A DNA stretch of 64,000 nt from Setoptus koraiensis (taxonomy: Eukaryota; Animalia; Arthropoda): NCBI GenBank assembly GCA_048013815.1, contig CM106586.1, positions 19,654,001 to 19,718,000 of the forward strand, read 5' to 3'. This document shows, piece after piece, positions 1 to 13,800 of the stretch. A program made the position numbers and the translations under genes. Position 1 is the stretch's first letter. Every line of letters begins with the position of its first letter. The notes beneath the pieces were generated by a model. The model was not told where the DNA came from, ran no database searches, and worked only from the letters and a program-made list of their open reading frames with translations.

Positions 1-1345
1 CGCGTAAATTTAAATAATAAATAATCCGACACTTTTTTGTTTCTGGCTGGCACTTGTTGCAATTTGCAACGCCGCCAAGCGACACCAACAGCCGCCCACG
101 CGACCCACAATGCGAGCGCACACATATGGCGTGTTTGTGCTCATCAGTGGCCAGTCATTGGGCGCGAAACAGGTGAGTCGGTCGCGTTCTCTTCTTTGCA
201 ATTGTTGTTTTTGCAATGCAAAACGAATGCGCTCCGCCGTTGTGGGTTGCGCGCAACGACACAACAAAACGCACGACGGGCGTCGCCAGAAATTCTGATG
301 CGCGTACTGGTCGCGTTCGTTCGAACTGGTCGCTCGAATCCGTCGCTCGAATTCGCCGTTTGCCCGGTTCGAATTCGTGTGCGAATTCGCACATTCGGAG
401 CCGACGCTGCTCGAAGTTCGAAGCCGACGCCGCTCGAACTTGGCATCCGACGCTGTTCGTCCGCTCACCTTGGGCGTGCGCTGCGCACCTATCCCAACTG
501 ACTGACTAACTGACCGGCTAATTACCGCCAATTGGGCTCTCGCTCGCGATTCGCTCAGCGGCAGCCGAATTTCAATGAATTTGCATTGCGCAACTCGCCG
601 TTATTGCGCAATGCAAATTCTGACGAGCACGTGTGATGCTCACGGTCGTTAGCCGGTGGTCGCCCTGTTTCGCCGGGTCCCACACAATGTTTTGAGCGGA
701 CGACGCCACAATTGGCAACTAACGCAACTTGTCGCTGCCGGTCGCCCGTCGTCATTGCCGTTGTTGCCGTCGTTGTTGCCATCGTCGTTGCCGTTGTTGT
801 TGCCGTGATTGTCGTGGCTGCCGCTGAGCGGTGGCCATCCGAGACGGGCCGCATCGTGGGCCGGTCTCGGGTTTCGCCAAGTGGCGCCAGCGGCTGCTTG
901 CTGTGAGCCAGTGAGAGTTTGTTTTCATCACCGAAATCACTATTGAGTGACCGGTGTGAACGCGCACCCACCTGCTCCGCTCGCAATCACTTTCGCCACG
1001 CTTGGCCAGCGGTGAGCACGGGCGAGCACCCGTAAACGGCCAACGGTGACCGGTGCAAGATGCAAGGTGCAAGGTGAGCGCTCAGCGGCAGGTGAGCGCG
1101 GACAGGAAGTGGGCCAGTCAATAATGATTAATTAATCAACATTGGACGGCTTATCGCCGCAGCGATCTTGCGCTCGGCGCCATTGTTTACCGCTACCGGT
1201 TGGAAAGTGCCCGACCGACACGGTGCGGTGCGTTGCGACACTCGGGTACGCCTTGCACCGTGCCGGGCACGACTACGCGAGCACTGCGCGAACCGTGCGA
1301 GTCACGCGGATACCCGACCGGCCGACTGCGCGAAAACCCGACCAG

Positions 1346-1463
1346 CCGAATATCCGAATATCCGAGTATCCGAATATCCGAATATCCGAGTATCCGAATA
1401 TCCGAATATCCGAATATCCGAATATCCGAATATCCGAATATCCGAATATCCGAATATCCGAAT
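1346..1463. repeat. 8-bp tandem repeat (CCGAATAT)n, ~14 copies, some CCGAGTAT variants
   Basis: Read directly; explains the SEYPNIRI/YSDIRIFG repeats in the ORF track. Confidence 0.95.
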
Positions 1464-2217
1464 GTGCGAGTGTGCGGGTATCCGAGCCGCCCAACGGACG
1501 GGACTGAGGCGGCGCCGGCCCGTCCGACAGGCGAGCCGAACTGGATGTCGCTGGAGCGGCGGCGAGCGCATCGCGTTCGAACGGCGCTCGATCGATCTGA
1601 TCTTTTATCTTTTTTATTGGCTATCATCAGTTACATCATTTATCCGGCCGCCGATAGTTGATTGGTGGGCGCGCATTTCGCTTTCGCTTGCCGGTCGCCG
1701 GTCGCCAGTTGCCGGTCGCCGGTGGCCGGTTGCCGATTGAATTGCAGTTAAAATCCTTGATATCAAAAGGCAGTGAGAGGGTCGCAAAAAACGCCAGACT
1801 CTCTCACAGGGACTTTTTTGGCTTGACTATTGCGTCAGTCGTAGTCGACATAAACGCATGCCGGTTGCGTAACAGAGCGCCACCGGCTCACGGGCGATGA
1901 GCGCTTAATAGCCTAATGGCGCCCTAATGGCAACGGCAACGATAACGCCAATACCAATGGTAATAGCAATGGTAATGGCGCCAGTCGCATTCATTAGTTG
2001 GCATAAGCATTAGATGGCTGCCTAATTACGGCTGCGTCTCGCCAAGACGGTCTTGGCGGCAGCCGCAACGGCGCCAGCGACACACCGTGTAGTGGGCATG
2101 ATGTGGACTGGGCAGGCTGCTGTTGTTGTCGTCGTTCTCACGAAGGGCGCGATGCTGCCGAGATGATTGCGCCGCTCGTTTGAATTGGTTTGAATGATCG
2201 CTGGCGATGATTCGAGC

Positions 2218-2283
2218 GCTTCGAATCCGACGCTTCGAATCCGACGCTTCGAATCCGACGCTTCGAATTCGACGCTTCGAATC
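2218..2283. repeat. 14-bp tandem repeat (GCTTCGAATCCGAC), ~4.5 copies
   Basis: Read directly; one unit has GAATTC in place of GAATCC. Confidence 0.9.
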
Positions 2284-3649
2284 AAACGCTGTGAGCCGGC
2301 CGAGAGCGGAGACATCGGCAACAAGTTGCGTAAACGCTCGACAGGTTGAGGAAGCCGCTTCGAGCTGGCGTTGTGCGCGCCGGCCAGACCGACAAATGTA
2401 CGCCACAAACAAATACGCAACAAGCACAAAATGGGAATAACAAACACAAAATAGGAATAACAAACAAACAAACGACCAACAGGCCAATTACCGTTGCCGG
2501 CAGAAGCGCTCCTTCGACAGCCGCATCAATTCTCAGCCGGTGTGTGTGTCTCGAATCGCTGTCTCGCTCGATATTCTCGTTCTTTCTCGATATTCTCGCT
2601 CTTTCTCGACTTGCTTGATATCTCGACTTGCTTGATCTGTCGATTTGCTTGATCTGTCCATGTGCTCGCTGTGTCGATGCTGTCGCTCTCTGTCGGTATT
2701 AGTGCGCTTAATATCCGACAACAACTTGCTGCTCGATCGGTGTGCGTCGGTGATGTAACCGTGATTCTCATGGGGGCCGCCAGCCGACACAACAACAATC
2801 CCCCGTCTGGCTGGCCGCTGTTGGCGGGCCGGACGCGATTCGATTCAAATTTAAATTCGAGCGACTGCCCAAAACGACCGGTCGGCGTGTCGGAACGAGG
2901 CGTCGTCGCAGCGACGCATCGGATAACGTCCGCATAACGGGTCGTCAATAACGGGTCGCGAATGACGGATCGCAAGCGATGATAAGGCCGCAAAAAAGGA
3001 TTGCCGGAATAATGGCGACGGCGATGATTGCCGGCGAGCACAGGCTGAGCCGATGCGCTTGTGATCGCAACCACTTGTTGCTGCCGCATCCCGATCCTGT
3101 CAGGCCGATTCTGTTGCGAAATATTATTGTTAGCGTTCGATGATTGGCCGCGATCACGCGATCGTCGGGCCGCCGATTTGTGGGTGCTGCCGCCCGCCTG
3201 AGCCCGACTGGGCTCGCTTGAACGGGGCGCGCGAGCTCGCCAATTGAGAGATCGCTGCTCAAGTTGTTGCGATATCGGCAACAAGTTGCGCTCGTCGCAC
3301 TGGCCGAGAGAGGGTGCTGCAACGAAAGTGATCGCCGTTGTCGCTGCTGTCGCTTTTGCCGTTTTTCATGTTGGTGCCGTTGTTGTTGCCGTTGTTGTTG
3401 CCGCTGTTGTTGCCGTTGTTGTTGCTGTTGCGACCACAGTCGGTTGGTGTTGGCGGCGCCAATTTGCGGGCTCGCCGACAGGAGGAAGCGCTCGCATTGA
3501 TAACAGTGATAATATTGCCGCCATGGCCAACATTGCCCGTTGGTCGGCCCGTGGATAATTGCTTGGCTGCGTGGAGTTTTGTGCAAACTTCGGCCGCCGT
3601 TCCGCGCCCGCGATTCGGCCCGTTGGCGGCCCGAGCACAATGGCCACGA

Positions 3650-3792
3650 CGGCAACAACAACGACAACAACACCGACAACAACAACGACAACAACACCGA
3701 CAACAACAACGACAACAACAACACCGACAACAACAACGGCAACAACAACACCGACAACAACAACGACAACAACAACACCAACAACAACAACT
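3650..3792. repeat. CAA-based compound microsatellite
   Basis: caacaacaac(g/a/c)... run of about 140 bp. Confidence 0.9.
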
Positions 3793-4629
3793 GCAAACGG
3801 CCCATTCAATCATCATTATAAATGAGATCGCAAATGAGATTCGTGCCACCATTGGCTGTTGGCATTCATTGCGACGCCCACTTAATTGAGTGGCCAAACT
3901 CAGCGCCGGCCAGCAACAGCTGACCGGCCCGAGGAAGCGCCGGGGCCAATGTCGTGAATGTTGGCACTTTCGTGGCGGCTTCCTGGCGAACGTTGGCGGC
4001 CCGAGCTTGGCGGCCCGAGCGGCTCGAAAGAAGCGACACGAGAGACAGAGAGAGAGAGAGAGAGAGCGACACGAGAGAAAGCGACGAGAGAAAGCGACAA
4101 GAGGTGATACAAGCGACGCAAGCGCCAAATGCGAGCGAAAGTGGCGAGAATCAATTTAAAATTAATTGTATCAATGTATGACCATCACGACTCGCCCGGC
4201 TGAGTGTGTCATGATATCCGCTGCCATTGATACTGAATCAATAGTCTCGGCAACGGCCGCCAGAGTAATGAAGCAATAAAAGGCTCGCTCTCATCGGCGC
4301 TAATGGTGTGTGAGAAGGCTGCGGATGGAGAGAAAAGAAAAAGAAAGGATGTGAGCCGGACAATGGCCAGAGGAAGCGTCGTCGTCGTCCTCCCACGTAA
4401 ACACGGCGCTTACTGCACTTGCCGCACACAACACAACAGCGACAACAGCAACACAACAGCAACAGCAACAACAACTGGTTGTGTAATGGTTACGTAACAA
4501 ATGGACGATCCGGATCCGAGGCAAGACTTTACATAACAATATTGCCGCTGCGGCCAGAACACGATTCGCTCGGTGCGGCCACGATGGCCGGCACTCATGA
4601 ATCGATTGGGATCATGAGCAACCACCACG

Positions 4630-4678
<49 letters not shown>

Positions 4679-7600
4679 CCAAGCCAACAACAAACATTAC
4701 GGCAAACTCACAAGTCGGCAGCTCACTAGTTGTCGGTCGAGTTATCGGAACGGCGGAAGTTGGCGGAAATTAGCGCGAAAATTAAGCAAATTACTCTTGC
4801 ACTTGTTGCGTCATTTCGCGTCATGTCAGTGGCGGACTGGCTGGCTGTGAGCGGCCGTGAGTGACCAATGTCAATCGCACTGGCCACTCGGCGTCGGGCC
4901 CCGAGCGTGGGCTGCAACACACTGCCAAGGATATTGGTCGCTCATTGTTATTATTTTCTAATAATTATCATGTTGCTCGGTGATTGTGTTACGTCATTGA
5001 TAATCAACGACCGTAATTAATAATCATCGCGCCAGTGCGTGCGTGTTTATCGCCCCATCGCAGCAGATCACAATGGCTTGTATGTACATACAATGTGTTT
5101 ATTTGTGGATATTTGCTCATTTCGTTGGTACCTTGACCCGCCGGCCCGCCCGCTTGTGCCCGTAATAATCTGATATTACTGTCCATGTTTTGTACAATAC
5201 GGGCCGCACAATACAATGTTTTGTACGGGCCGGTTGGCAATCTGACATTGCCGGCCCGGCCCGGCCAGCACCAACAACAACAACATTATCGTCACTCCCA
5301 ACTGCAGACTGTGCACTGCAGTTTGCAAGCCGGCGAAACTGCCAAGCTCGTTGGAAGCTCATCGAGCGATTGTGATGCAATAACGCCTTGATACTATTGC
5401 TTGGCACTGACAATGGTCGTCGGCCAGCGATACCAAAACATCAATCACGTCCAGCATTGTTGTTGTTGTTGTTGTCGGTATTAATAACAGCACTACATGC
5501 ACCGTGAGCAGCGATGCCGAGAGAGAGAGCCGTGCAACAGCGCCAACAAGTGGCCGAGAATGGATTGCGCAATAAAGGAATATGGTTATTAATTTCGCTC
5601 ACTCCGCGGCCAACAATTAATAATCGCGTTCTTTGTTGGCCGGCCGAGCGGCCACTAATGCTGCCGGCCAATCTCGTTGTTGCCGTTGTTGTTGTTGTTG
5701 TTGTTTATTTGGCTGCTGCTGCTGTTGCGCAATTGTTGTTTAAATGGATAGATAGGCCGTGGATAGCCGAGCGGCGAGTTAATTGCAGGGCCGAAATAAA
5801 TCTTGCTTGTCGTCATTACGCAACGCTCACTATATATTGCCGACAGGATTGCGATTTATTTTGGATATATTTGGGTTATATTTGGGATATATTCGGGATA
5901 TATTCGGCCATTGGACAATGGCGGCTGCTCGCAACGGCTCATTTCTGCCATCATTTGTGTTGTTGTTTGGGTCGTTATTTCTGCTCTCATTTCTGCTGTT
6001 GGTGGCCCCGCGTTCAAGGCGACGAGCGCGCCAATTAATTTCCAACGATCGCAACCGATCCGTGCCGAGCGTCACGTACCTGTCGAATGTGTGCGATTCG
6101 CCCACTTGCCGCCATTCTGGCCGGCGCCGCTCGACCGGTGGTTGTCGGCGCTGCTGGCGCGCTTGCTGTTGCTGTTGCCGTTGCCGTGCTGCCGGCACGG
6201 CGAAATTACTTTCGCCAACCGAGCACTAATTGCCCGCTGTGCCTCCGTGCCAGAGTTCGCGCGGCCCGCGGCCCCGTGAACCCGGGCGCGGACGCGGACG
6301 AGCAGGAGGCCGTCACCGGCGCGAGTGCAAGACGGCGCTGCGAGCAGCGGCCACGTGACAGAAGCGCCGATCGCAACGAGCCAACGGGCAACGTGTGAAC
6401 CCCTCGCCGCTTCGAATTCTTCGCCGCTTCGAACTCTTCGCTGCTTCGAATTCTTCGCTGTGCGTTCGCTCCGAACCGGTCGCCACTGGTGGCCGCGCTG
6501 GCCCCCGATGGCCGCTCAAAGTCAAATTGCGGCGTCAACTCGCTGCGATTGCGCGTCATTAGCCAACAATGAGGGGCCGTCAAGAAATTGGGAGCGCGCC
6601 CGGCAGGCGTGCAAATTGCGTCGCTGTCGTTGTTTTGGGTGTTGTTGCTGTCGGTGTTGTTGCTGTCGGTGGTGTTGTTGTTGTTGTGTTCGGTGTTGTC
6701 GTCGCCGTAAATTGCAAACAAATTGCCCGTCACCGACCGGCCGTCACCGAGTGCGGCGCGGTCCACAGCGGTCCGTCCGCTCGGTGTCCCGTGCGCGCCG
6801 TTTGCAGCGGGTTAGTGCGCGCCATTGCGGCAATGTTTGCAATTCGCTTGCAACGCTCGCGAACGCAACCATCGCGAGAATCGCCACTCTCGCCGCTTCT
6901 GTCGCCCCGCAAATTGCAAGTCACAGTCTGCGCGCCGAGCCGGCCGAACTAGACCAACAGCAACAACAACAGCGGCAACAACAACAACAACGACAGCAGC
7001 AGCAGCAGCAACAACAACAACAACGACAGCATTAACAGCAGCACCAACAACAACAGCGACAGCAACCGCTGCCGCGCTTGCAATGCCGGGCAATAAATCA
7101 CCCGCTTACCTGGGGGAGCCCGCATCAATTAGGAGCCGATTGCCAACAGCTGGCTGCCGACAGTTACATGACGGCGGCGCTGTCCACGCTCAGCCCATCA
7201 GAATGCGAATCTTCGGCTGCCGATCCCTCGGACCTGCGACCGAGCCGCTCGAACGTTCGAACCTGCGACCGAGCCGCCCGAACCTTCGACCGAGCCGTTC
7301 GAACGCTCGGACGTTCGGAACATGGCCGGCCAATTGCAGCCAGCAGCAACTCAATGCGCACACATATCAATACATGCGCCTATCAATACATATCGACACA
7401 CACAGTTCGCCGTGATGCGGACAAGACGCATCGGTGTGTCGTGGACGCGATCATTTTATGCAAATTAGCCAATTGTAACGGAAACGGCATTCGCTGCGAA
7501 CAGCGAGAGTCTCGGCTGTCGGCTCGCAAGCGGCTGTCGGCCCAGTGGCGCCGAGCGGGCTATTTTGAGCCGTTGGGCAGGGCCCGAGCGGCTGGCAGCG

Positions 7601-10600
7601 AGCGCCGACTGCAACCGCTCACGGCTGACACAATCCAGTTTGTTTTTGAGTGGCATTCACACAAATTCGCAGCCTCGCGAATTGACCAAATTTGATCTGC
7701 CCGAACTGTATGCAAATGCAAACGCATATATCCAGACAGATATCTGTTTGGCATCACGATAATTGAGTGACCGGCGGTGATACTTTTATTGGTGGCATCA
7801 TCACCGTCTGTGAGCTCATTGTTCTGGCCAGGGCCAGGGCTCGTCGCCTCCGCCGTCCAGCGACCATTTGCTCCAATTTTCGTGCGCCCGTTTCGCTCAA
7901 TTGGCCGGCCCGACGTGATTGAATTGAATCGCAATTCAATTTAATTCATCGTGGCCATTGTTTGCTGTCGCTGTTGCCGTTACTGTTGCTGTTGATGTTG
8001 ATGTTGCTGTTGTTGCCATCAAGACAGCGCCACTCGCTCATTAGCTGCATCGCAAAGTAACGGATTTGTTTGGACGTTGCGTCACACACTTAAACAAAAT
8101 CAAAACAAATGCAAACAAACGCAACGATATCTGGCGCGTCACGTTGCGCAATCGTGATTGAAGCATAACCATACCATCAGGCTACCTGTTGATTCTGGCC
8201 TGTTCATCGGCCCGCTAGCTGGCTCGTCGTCACTCAACATGCTGGCCAACTGTCTTGCCATCAATCACAATCGGACCGCTCGATGGGCAGCGGCAAGGCC
8301 AGCACGATGATCGCATCACTGTCATTACTGTCATTTCTGTCATCCCCGTCATTCTCGTCATTCCCGTCAGCTGCGTCATTCCCGTCATTTGCGTCGTCGC
8401 TGTCGTCTCTGTCATCGGGTCGGCATGCCGGCCACATTATCAATAACTCGGCCCGTGTGCCGCCACCCGATCAACGGGTAACGCAGGCAAGCAACACACA
8501 GGCCAAATCTCATTATCAATTCAAATGCAAGTTGCGCAATTAATTATGCCCGCCATCGTGGCCCCTTCGACAGCTCACATTTCACATAAATGAATGAGCC
8601 GCAATTATGACTCGTCATTGATGAGGCTCGCATCACAGACCGTCGGTGGCCGCTCGCCACGGGACAGTCTCGTCCGCGGCCGACAGCGGCCGCGTCGGTC
8701 ACGAGACAGCAGCGGCCAGCAATCGCCGCGTCGGTCATGCGACAACGGCAATCGGAGCGGCAAGAAGCCGCAAATGGCAAGTTCAAGTGCGAATTCGAAT
8801 TCGCAGGTTCGAATTCGCGGGCTCGAATTCGCGGGCTCGAAATTGCGATTCGGGCTCAAACTGGAACTAGAAAAAGACAGTGATTGGCCCACTTGTTGGC
8901 GTGGCCGCCGCGCCAAGCTTGTGGCGAGCGTCTTGCATAACATGACATGTTGCATAATGTAACATGTTGCATAACATAGCATGTTGCATAACGTAACATG
9001 TTGCGTATCTTGTATATCCGCTGACGCCGCAAGATATGAGCGTTGCAACACCGTGCGCGAATACCCGTCACTGGCGACCCGTCGGTGATTTGTGGCGCAA
9101 CAAAGCGGCTCGGACGCAGCGCCAGCGGCGACACTCGGGCCGAGTGACGCTGACCAGTTGACCGTTGACAAATTGCCTAGGTGGCCAGCGCCGCCTACAT
9201 TGTCGCCTACATCGCGAGGCCAATTCGCATTCTCTCAAATAAAACCATTCTGGCCAATGTCGCACACAAACACAATGCAAGCGCCGTGTGCGATCGCGCA
9301 ACTCACCTGTCCGATGTCGGCCCCGTCGGCGCCAGCTCACCTGTGTTGGTCAGTGTGTCTGACACTTTTTCTAAACTGTTGCTGTCGCGTGTGCTCTTTC
9401 CGTTGGCCTCTTTCTCTCACCTTGCCGACGGCTGTGCTAAGTTGTGCGCCGTAAATGAGCGACTACTATGCGATATCGTATGAGCCAGCGGCTCAACAAT
9501 CGAAGCGCCGCAAACAAACAACACACAAATCGCCATTGGCCAGCGAAAAAAGGGCCAAAAACAGCCAAAAACACTGCAAGCTCGCCGTGCATACAATGCT
9601 AATTCTGTGTGTGCTGTTTGGCCACTTTTTTATTTCGTCTACCTGTGTTGTTGTTATTATTATCCTGTGCCAATATCGAATTGGAGAAACAACTTTTATA
9701 ATATTGCCGCCTGTATATTGTTTATACAAACGACGGTCAGTTGTTCTTGGTCGCTGGCCGCCGTTGTTTGCCCGTTGTGTTCACTCTCTAACGATTGCGG
9801 CGCTTCGCTGCGAACGCTTCCATGCGAGCGCCGCCGTCCGAACGCTTCGGCTCGACACCGAACGCTCGATTCGAAATCGAACGCTGCGAGCCGCTCGCGA
9901 GCCAACAGACAGTCGGACAGGCGGCGAATGTTCCAATTCGATCAATTGCATGCCAATGGTCATGCGATAACGGAGCCAGCGGCTAGCGGGCGGCTGGAAA
10001 AAGCGAACTGTTCGGCCACTCGCAATTCGATTGTCGCTCGCCCCGTCGGCCGGCTCCGCACTGGCAGCTCGTCTTCGAATTCGGCTTCGGCTTCGAATTC
10101 GAATTGGTCGGCCAGTTCTTCGGCCAGTTCGGCGGCCTGTTCTTCGGCGGCTTGTTCGGCGGCCAGTTCGGTGGCGAATTCAGTGTCGAGCTGGAGAAAA
10201 GTGCAACCTGTTATTGCTCTTGTTAGCCTGAGCGTATGTATATTATGTTGCGATGAAAACTACTAGTTATTCGCTGTTATTTATTCCACTGCATTCTATT
10301 ATTCGCGAATCGCGATCGACAGTTAGCACAGTTACCGAACAACAACAAACAACAACAAGTGCTTCGATTGACATTGAACGGCGCTGCAGCGGTCGCCACT
10401 GTTGCTGGCCAAAATCAATGCAAACTGGCCACCGAAATGCATCGGCCGCATCGGCCAAAGTAACGGCCGTGTTGCCGGCTCAACAGGTTATTATGGTCAT
10501 CGCGTGATGCCGTTTCCATGCCGAGCCGACCATGATCGACACCGGCAAACAAACCGAGCCACTAGCTCGCCGGCTCGAACAATTGCCCAGCCGCTGTGTT

Positions 10601-10720
10601 TGTTTGGCCGCACTGCTGAATGTTCTTTCAACAACTGCAACAACATCGCCAACAGCAAACACAACGGCAACTACATCGACAACAACAACTGCATCGACAG
10701 CAACAACTGCAGCGGCAGCG

Positions 10721-10721
<1 letters not shown>

Positions 10722-10804
<83 letters not shown>

Positions 10805-10816
10805 ACAACAACAACA
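10722..10816. repeat. (CAGCAA)n hexamer microsatellite ending in (CAA)n
   Basis: Read directly; source of the poly-Q, poly-C and poly-AT/VA ORFs at 10.5-11.1 kb. Confidence 0.9.
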
Positions 10817-13800
10817 GCGGCCACATCGACGCCCGCTACAACATCGCTCACGCATGAGACGAGGCAACAAAAATGAGAGCGACTGGCCGCGATCATCATA
10901 TTCATCATGGCAACGGCGCACATTGCGCAACGGCGCTCATTGCGCAACGACCGGCCAGGTAAGGGCCGGCTCGCTCTCGTTTGACAGAAACAAAACCGTT
11001 TCTATCAAACGGCGAGCGAGCTTGCGCAATCGCCGCTTCGATTCGGGCTTCGAGCGAACGCAAACAAAGTTTTGTGCCGGCGATTCGCCTCTGATGATCA
11101 GAATCTGATCGCCGCAAAATCGCCGGCCATCCCCACCATCGATGACGGTCGATGATAGCGCATGACGGTCGATGATGGCGCATGATGGTCGATAGCGGCC
11201 CGACGACCCGGTGTCGCCTCGTCGCCCGCCGTGCGACTGTCGGCCCGACAGTGTCGACGACGAAAATCTCGGGCCGGAAATCGCTGACAATTCTCGATCC
11301 GATGAAAAATATCCCATGAAACATACTGGCGCCATCGTCGAAACGGGGCCCCTCGTCGGCCAACCCGATTCGCGGTGGCCGGACGAACGCCCACCGGACT
11401 CTGGTGACGGGAGCGGCCGCCAGAGCGCGGCGAAATGTAATGCTAAACTCACCTGTTGCGCGTTGGGCTGCGTCAGTCGTTTGTATGAATGTCTCTATTA
11501 TTGTGACTGCCTCAGGTGACTGGCTCATTTATTTGGCTGCAGCTCATTCATTGAGGGTCGGTCATCACCGGTGTGTGAGTGTGTGTGTGTGTGTGTGTTG
11601 CAGCCACTAATGATGATTTAAGAGTGAGAGACGAGAAATAAGAAGAAATTGATTAGTTCATTTGGCGCTGATTACTATCACTGCAAACTGCGAAACGATC
11701 ATTAATGGCAGCATCGCCATTACGCAATTAACGCAATCATTAGCGTCATTCATGCCGAGATTGTAGTCAGATTGTTGTCAGAGATAGCCGGCTGGCTGGC
11801 TGCGTTTATCGCAAACAGTTTGTGTCTCGCAAACAGTTTGTGTCCCGTAAACGGCGCACTCGGCGTATATCAGTTTATTGCCGCTGTCACGCTGTTATCT
11901 ATTGCCTGCGAGCCGGCACACTGCTCCCTACCGGCCGTTACGTATAACATTACGTAACACATTGCCTAGCATCGGCAAGTGTTTATACGCAGTTCATATC
12001 GGTTTATATCCGATCAGCCGAGTGCAGTATTGCTGTCGGTGGTGTCATGACAACGACGCTACATTTGATCGTTTGATCATTATTATCTCCGGCCATCTAT
12101 CGATTCGGGCCGCTAATAGCGCCCGCCGCGGCCGCCGCCGCAAACATACCCCAAATGTACATTGCGAGCGCCTCTGCGCCGATGCCGACGATGATTATGT
12201 TTGCGCATGATGCCCATGATCTATGCCCGTCTATGACTATATAACGGTCATTATAATCGCCCGATTAGAAACAAAAATTGATTAGCTCGCTCAGATGCAG
12301 CGACCAGCGCAGTGTCGCTCGCTGAGCCGGCCCGACGGCGCGCATGAGTCGCCCGAGGAAACGGCAAATTGATTGAGCGTTGCTCCTCTGGCCGCCGGCC
12401 CGCTCGCCGGCCAGCGTCGGGCCGGCAGCCACGATGCGCGGCCCGATGGTCGATTGAGATGGCGCCGAGATCGGCGCATTGGCCGCCCAAATCACCGCAT
12501 CGGCGCCGAAATCACTGCAGTGGCCGCCGAAATCACGGCCAAGGCTCGAAATAGCGCCAACAGCAGTGTTGCGTTTCTGCGCCAATTACGCAAGTCAATT
12601 AAGAGCTTTTAATAGGGCTCATCAGCGTCACTGTCGGGCCGGCCAAGCGGCCGCTGGCTGTCGCTGACCGGCGCTAGTGGCCAGTCAATGGCAAGGTCTC
12701 GGCGGCAAATCGTCGCAGCATCGTCGGTGTGAGAGCGGCACGATTTTTCGGGCGAAGCGTCCTCGTCCTCGGCCAGCAAATGATTGATGATGACGCAACG
12801 GGCCGTTCTTTTGTAGCGGGCGCTAGCGGTCGCCCGTGAGTGTTGCACAACTTGTGTTGTTGTGTAACTTGCGTTATGTGTGACTTGTGTCATGCGACTT
12901 GTGTTACGTAACACAAGCGCATTGTTTTCACCTGTCGGACGCGAACGGCGATACTCGGCTCGGGTTACGCGCCTTTGGATCGACGATCGGCCGCGATTTC
13001 GCTCGAGGTTCTCGGCCCGAGCAGGCCGCTACGAGTGCGCTTGTGGGCGGGCCGGGCCGGGGCGCTCCGTTGAGTGCGCGCGGACAGTCGGATCGCTGAC
13101 TGGCCATATAAATATACACATATATATCTGAAAATATTATTAATATAGATATTATAAACAATATACAAATGCGAAAATATACAAACGTGAGAACAACGAA
13201 GGCGCCGGGCGAAACTGAGCTGAGGGCGCGGGTTGTAATCGCGCAAGCGCACGCCGGCCAGAAGAACCGTGGCCGCCGGATTAGCGCGCCGAGCGGCTCA
13301 AACGGGATCAGCGGGCGCGCGAAAGCGGGTGGCAGCGCCACCGAACACACAAGCGGCTCACGGCTAGCCGGCCGGCGAACGCGGCGGATGCGCGCCCGCA
13401 ATTCGAAGCGAGCGAACGCTTTCAATTCGGTCGGCTTGCGACCATCGGCCGGCGCCGGCGGGAATCGACGGGCGCAAAGTGCGATAAGAAGCCTCTTAGC
13501 GGTGGCTTAAGCGTCTCGCCGGCTGCCGCGGGATTGCCGGTGCGGCGCGCGGTGAGCCGGGCTCATTGGGCGCGCGAGCAGCCGATGACCGTGCCAAGAT
13601 TGCGCTGGCAAGCGAGATTGGGAGTGCGCGCGCGCTCACTCAACAACAATCGTAATGCGACGATAATCGCCCGACAATCGCCCAGCAATCGCCGGCCGTG
13701 ATGGGGCTGCGAATGGAGTCATCGCCAGGGATAATCCGCGCGTCTGGCGCACACCGACGAGCGGCGGCCGAGCCGTGCCGACGAAAGTGCTTGCGTCGGT

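Noticed and set aside
4419-4850. Poly-Asn ORF as a real N-terminal exon; likewise 9455-10266 and 11211-11519
   Set aside because: No recognisable homology or consistent splice phase; possible but unsupported.
366-8816. tRNA genes at GGTTCGAATTC (366, 8806); also GTTCGAATCC near 52293
   Set aside because: No A-box or cloverleaf stems could be built; the 52293 match lies in the OTUB1 CDS.
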